The notes beneath the pieces are model-generated. The model saw nothing but the letters and a program-made list of their open reading frames with translations, ran no database searches and was not told the origin of the DNA. Below, piece after piece: positions 61,129 to 64,000 of a DNA stretch of 64,000 nucleotides. The DNA lies in assembly GCA_963693365.1 (NCBI GenBank), contig CAVNZM010000017.1, forward strand, positions 5,818,708-5,882,707, given 5' to 3'. A program made the position numbers and the translations under genes. Source of the DNA: Amoebidium appalachense. Its lineage: Eukaryota > Protista > Ichthyosporea. The first letter of the stretch is position 1. Every line of letters starts with the position of its first letter.

Positions 61129-61380
61129 AGCAGAACAATTCTGCTTCTAGCAGATTTTATCTGCTGTTTACCGGAACATTTCTGCGTTTTGCATAAAAAT
61201 TCTGCTTATGCAGAATAATTCTGCTTCTGAAGAATAATTCTGCTTTTGGCATAATGAGTCTGCTTTTAGCATACTAATTCTGCGTTTTTTATGATTGATT
61301 CTGCTTTTTGCGGGATAATTCTGCTTTTTGCAAATTCTTCTGCTCTGAGCAATTTGACTCTGCCGATGTGGTTGGGCCCT
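61129..61380. repeat. GCAGAAT/ATTCTGC palindrome array (family copy 3), ~20-bp period
   Basis: About 12 TCTGC units spaced 19-21 bp apart; ends in ACTCTGCCGATGTGGTTGGGCCCT. Confidence 0.82.
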
Positions 61381-61386
61381 CCCTCC

Positions 61387-61472
<86 letters not shown>

Positions 61473-61495
61473 CACAGTGTGTGTGTGTGTATGTG

Positions 61496-61528
<33 letters not shown>

Positions 61529-61579
61529 GTTGTGTGTATGTGTGTGTGTGTGTATGTGTGTGTGCACGCGTGCGCATGA

Positions 61580-61628
<49 letters not shown>

Positions 61629-61845
61629 CGTATGTGTGTGTGTGTGCGTGCGTGTGTCTGTGTGTGTGGTCGTGTCACGGTATTTTCAGACCCTAGACAT
61701 CTCTAAATTGGCTGGCAAAAAGATATTCCCAATATGATGTATACTCAGCTTGCACTGGGAATTTCACCTGGTCAGGAATGGGGGGGGGAGGAGGGGGGAG
61801 GGGGGGGGGGGGGGGGGGGGGGGCAGGTGGGGTTGGGGGAGGGAT

Positions 61846-61886
<41 letters not shown>

Positions 61887-62050
61887 GACCCACCCGTTTG
61901 GGGAGAAGGTAGTGGATTCCCCCCATCTGCAACAACAACCTCAGTGCCCTTCCCCTCTAACCCCTTATACACAGAGACACATACACAAAAATACATTTAC
62001 GTCCTTGTTAGGAAAAGGGGATGGGGGGGAACTAGCGGGCACACACACAA

Positions 62051-62086
<36 letters not shown>

Positions 62087-62127
62087 CCCACACACACACA
62101 CACACACAAACGTTTTCATACTCATGG

Positions 62128-62196
<69 letters not shown>

Positions 62197-62215
62197 CCCT
62201 TTCCCCTTTCCCCGT

Positions 62216-62260
<45 letters not shown>

Positions 62261-62486
62261 TCCTCCTCCTCCTCCTCCTCCTCCTCCCCGGGGATGGGAT
62301 CTGGAGTGTGTATACTCTGTGTGTTGGTTGCAAAATGTGTGCATAGTATTGCCTGTCGGTGAACTTGAATATCATATAAACACACACACACACACACACA
62401 CACACGCACGCACAAACACAAACACAAACACGCACACACACACACACACGCACACGCGCAAACACACACACACACACACACGCACA

Positions 62487-62597
<111 letters not shown>

Positions 62598-62656
62598 CAT
62601 GCGCGGACACGCATGTACAAATATGTGCAGTATGATGCAGCAGATACAACCTAGAC

Positions 62657-62892
62657 AGCACCCCACAACCTCAACAGAGTCCACGTGAAAAAAGCAGGAT
62701 TATCCTGCTGAAAGCAGAATATCAATGATAGTGAACCGTTATAATCTATTCTGCTTTGCTTTTTGCGGATTTACTCTGCTAAATGCAAAGATTCTATTTT
62801 GAGCAGAATCACGATACTCTGCTTTACGGAGAAAAACTTTGCTTTCTGCAGAGTAATTCTGCTTTTGCAGAGTAATTATGGTTCTGCAGCAC
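62657..62892. repeat. GCAGAAT/ATTCTGC palindrome array (family copy 4)
   Basis: Same unit; preceded by a degenerate reverse complement (about 18/25) of the terminal motif of copy 3. Confidence 0.72.
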
Positions 62893-64000
62893 AATCCCCC
62901 CCCCCCCCCCCCCCCCCCACCCCCCCCTTCCCCCCCGAGCTCCTCCCCTCCTCTTCCCTCCCTCCTTCCTGTCTTAGAAGGGTCGCAAATTCATAGAGCG
63001 GGGTTTCGACATTGCTTACTCTTACATCACTCCTCCCCCCTTCCCCCCCCCCCCCCCCCCCCCCCCCCCCTTTCACCCCCCCTTCCCCCCCCCCCCCCCC
63101 CCCCCCCCTCCCCTCCCGCCGCCGTCGACCCTTCTTCCCTCTCTCCTTTCCATCCCCGTATGGGAGCCCCATTTCAAAAAGGGGGGTTTCGACATTTTTT
63201 ACTGCTTGTATACTCCTCCAACCCCCCCCCCTCCCCCCCCCCCGGCCCCCCCTTCTTTTCCCTCACCCCTTCCCCTCCCCGAAATTATTTGGCGCAATAA
63301 CCTTTGTTTTCTTAAATGTCTATGCCTTTTTTTTGCAAAGCCGTTTTTTAAATAAACTCTCAGATTATCCCGTTGGAAGTTAGAAGACTGGTGTATTTGG
63401 ATAATTCTGATATTACCAGGCTATCGACCATCTGTTGAATCATGGTTTGTTAAACGAGTTTTCTCGGTTTTATGATTATATAACGAGCGACAGATTATTC
63501 ACTTATCTCTGAGCTATCTGTGATATCTCGAAGACCTCTACTTTTAACAAAAACACAAAAGAAGTAAAAAGATTATCTTAGCTTAAATTTGTTGCTATGT
63601 AGATTCGCTGCCAGCAGCAGCCCTCCATCCTCCATTTGGAGGGGTTCTCTGTGATAGATATTCCTCTAAATTTGGCCAAGTTTGTTTTACTAGTTTTATC
63701 GTTATCCGTCCCCCCCCCCCCTCCCCCCCCCCCCCCCCCTTCGGAAGGCATAGATCTGTACATCACATCAGGTCCTTTCCAAATACTTTTCCCCACAATC
63801 AAAATGCACAACTCATTTAATACACAGTAAGCCATGTGTGCCACTGAGAAGTCGGGCGGTATCCCCACCATCACGTTCGCATGCATGTGCTGTGTATTCA
63901 GCCTAGGTTCAAGATCATGTTGCCATGGGCGGCGATGGAACCGGATGATTGTGGCCGAAGTGAAAAACAAGACCAGCTCGCATTTGCAGCAGTACACAAT

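Noticed and set aside
60340-61365. CRISPR-like arrays
   Set aside because: Repeats are degenerate, spacers are poly(C) or absent, no cas genes, eukaryotic context.
63780-64000. WRKY/GCM-like HNHP motif on the minus strand (LVFHFGHNHPVP)
   Set aside because: Short, followed by stops and truncated by the window edge.

Overview
Eukaryotic genomic DNA very rich in poly(C)/poly(G) homopolymers and (CA)n/(GA)n microsatellites, which generate most of the supplied ORFs as artefacts. Three protein-coding genes can be reconstructed by hand: (1) an intronless actin (443-1573, +) with a CCAAT-CArG-TATA promoter; (2) a 33-coding-exon cyclin G-associated kinase/auxilin-2 gene (GAK; 6868-38992, +; all introns GT-AG, phases consistent, 1284 aa; kinase + PTEN-like + C2 + clathrin/AP2 motifs + J domain); (3) a 4-exon class C-like seven-transmembrane receptor gene (50778-47668, -; 519 aa). 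The GAK architecture plus non-animal actin residues suggest a unicellular holozoan (inference only). Mobile DNA includes a 5'-truncated poly(A)-tailed non-LTR retrotransposon enclosed by ~170-bp inverted repeats, a hAT-type MITE with an 8-bp TSD, a piggyBac-like MITE and a family built of ~20-bp palindromes. The most unusual signal is an abundant intronic, sense-oriented short repeat that typically ends in poly(C), is variably 5'-truncated, and whose longer copies keep a covarying hairpin with a kink-turn: a candidate poly(C)-tailed structured retroposon. All coordinates were counted by eye and homopolymer lengths may be sequencing-dependent.
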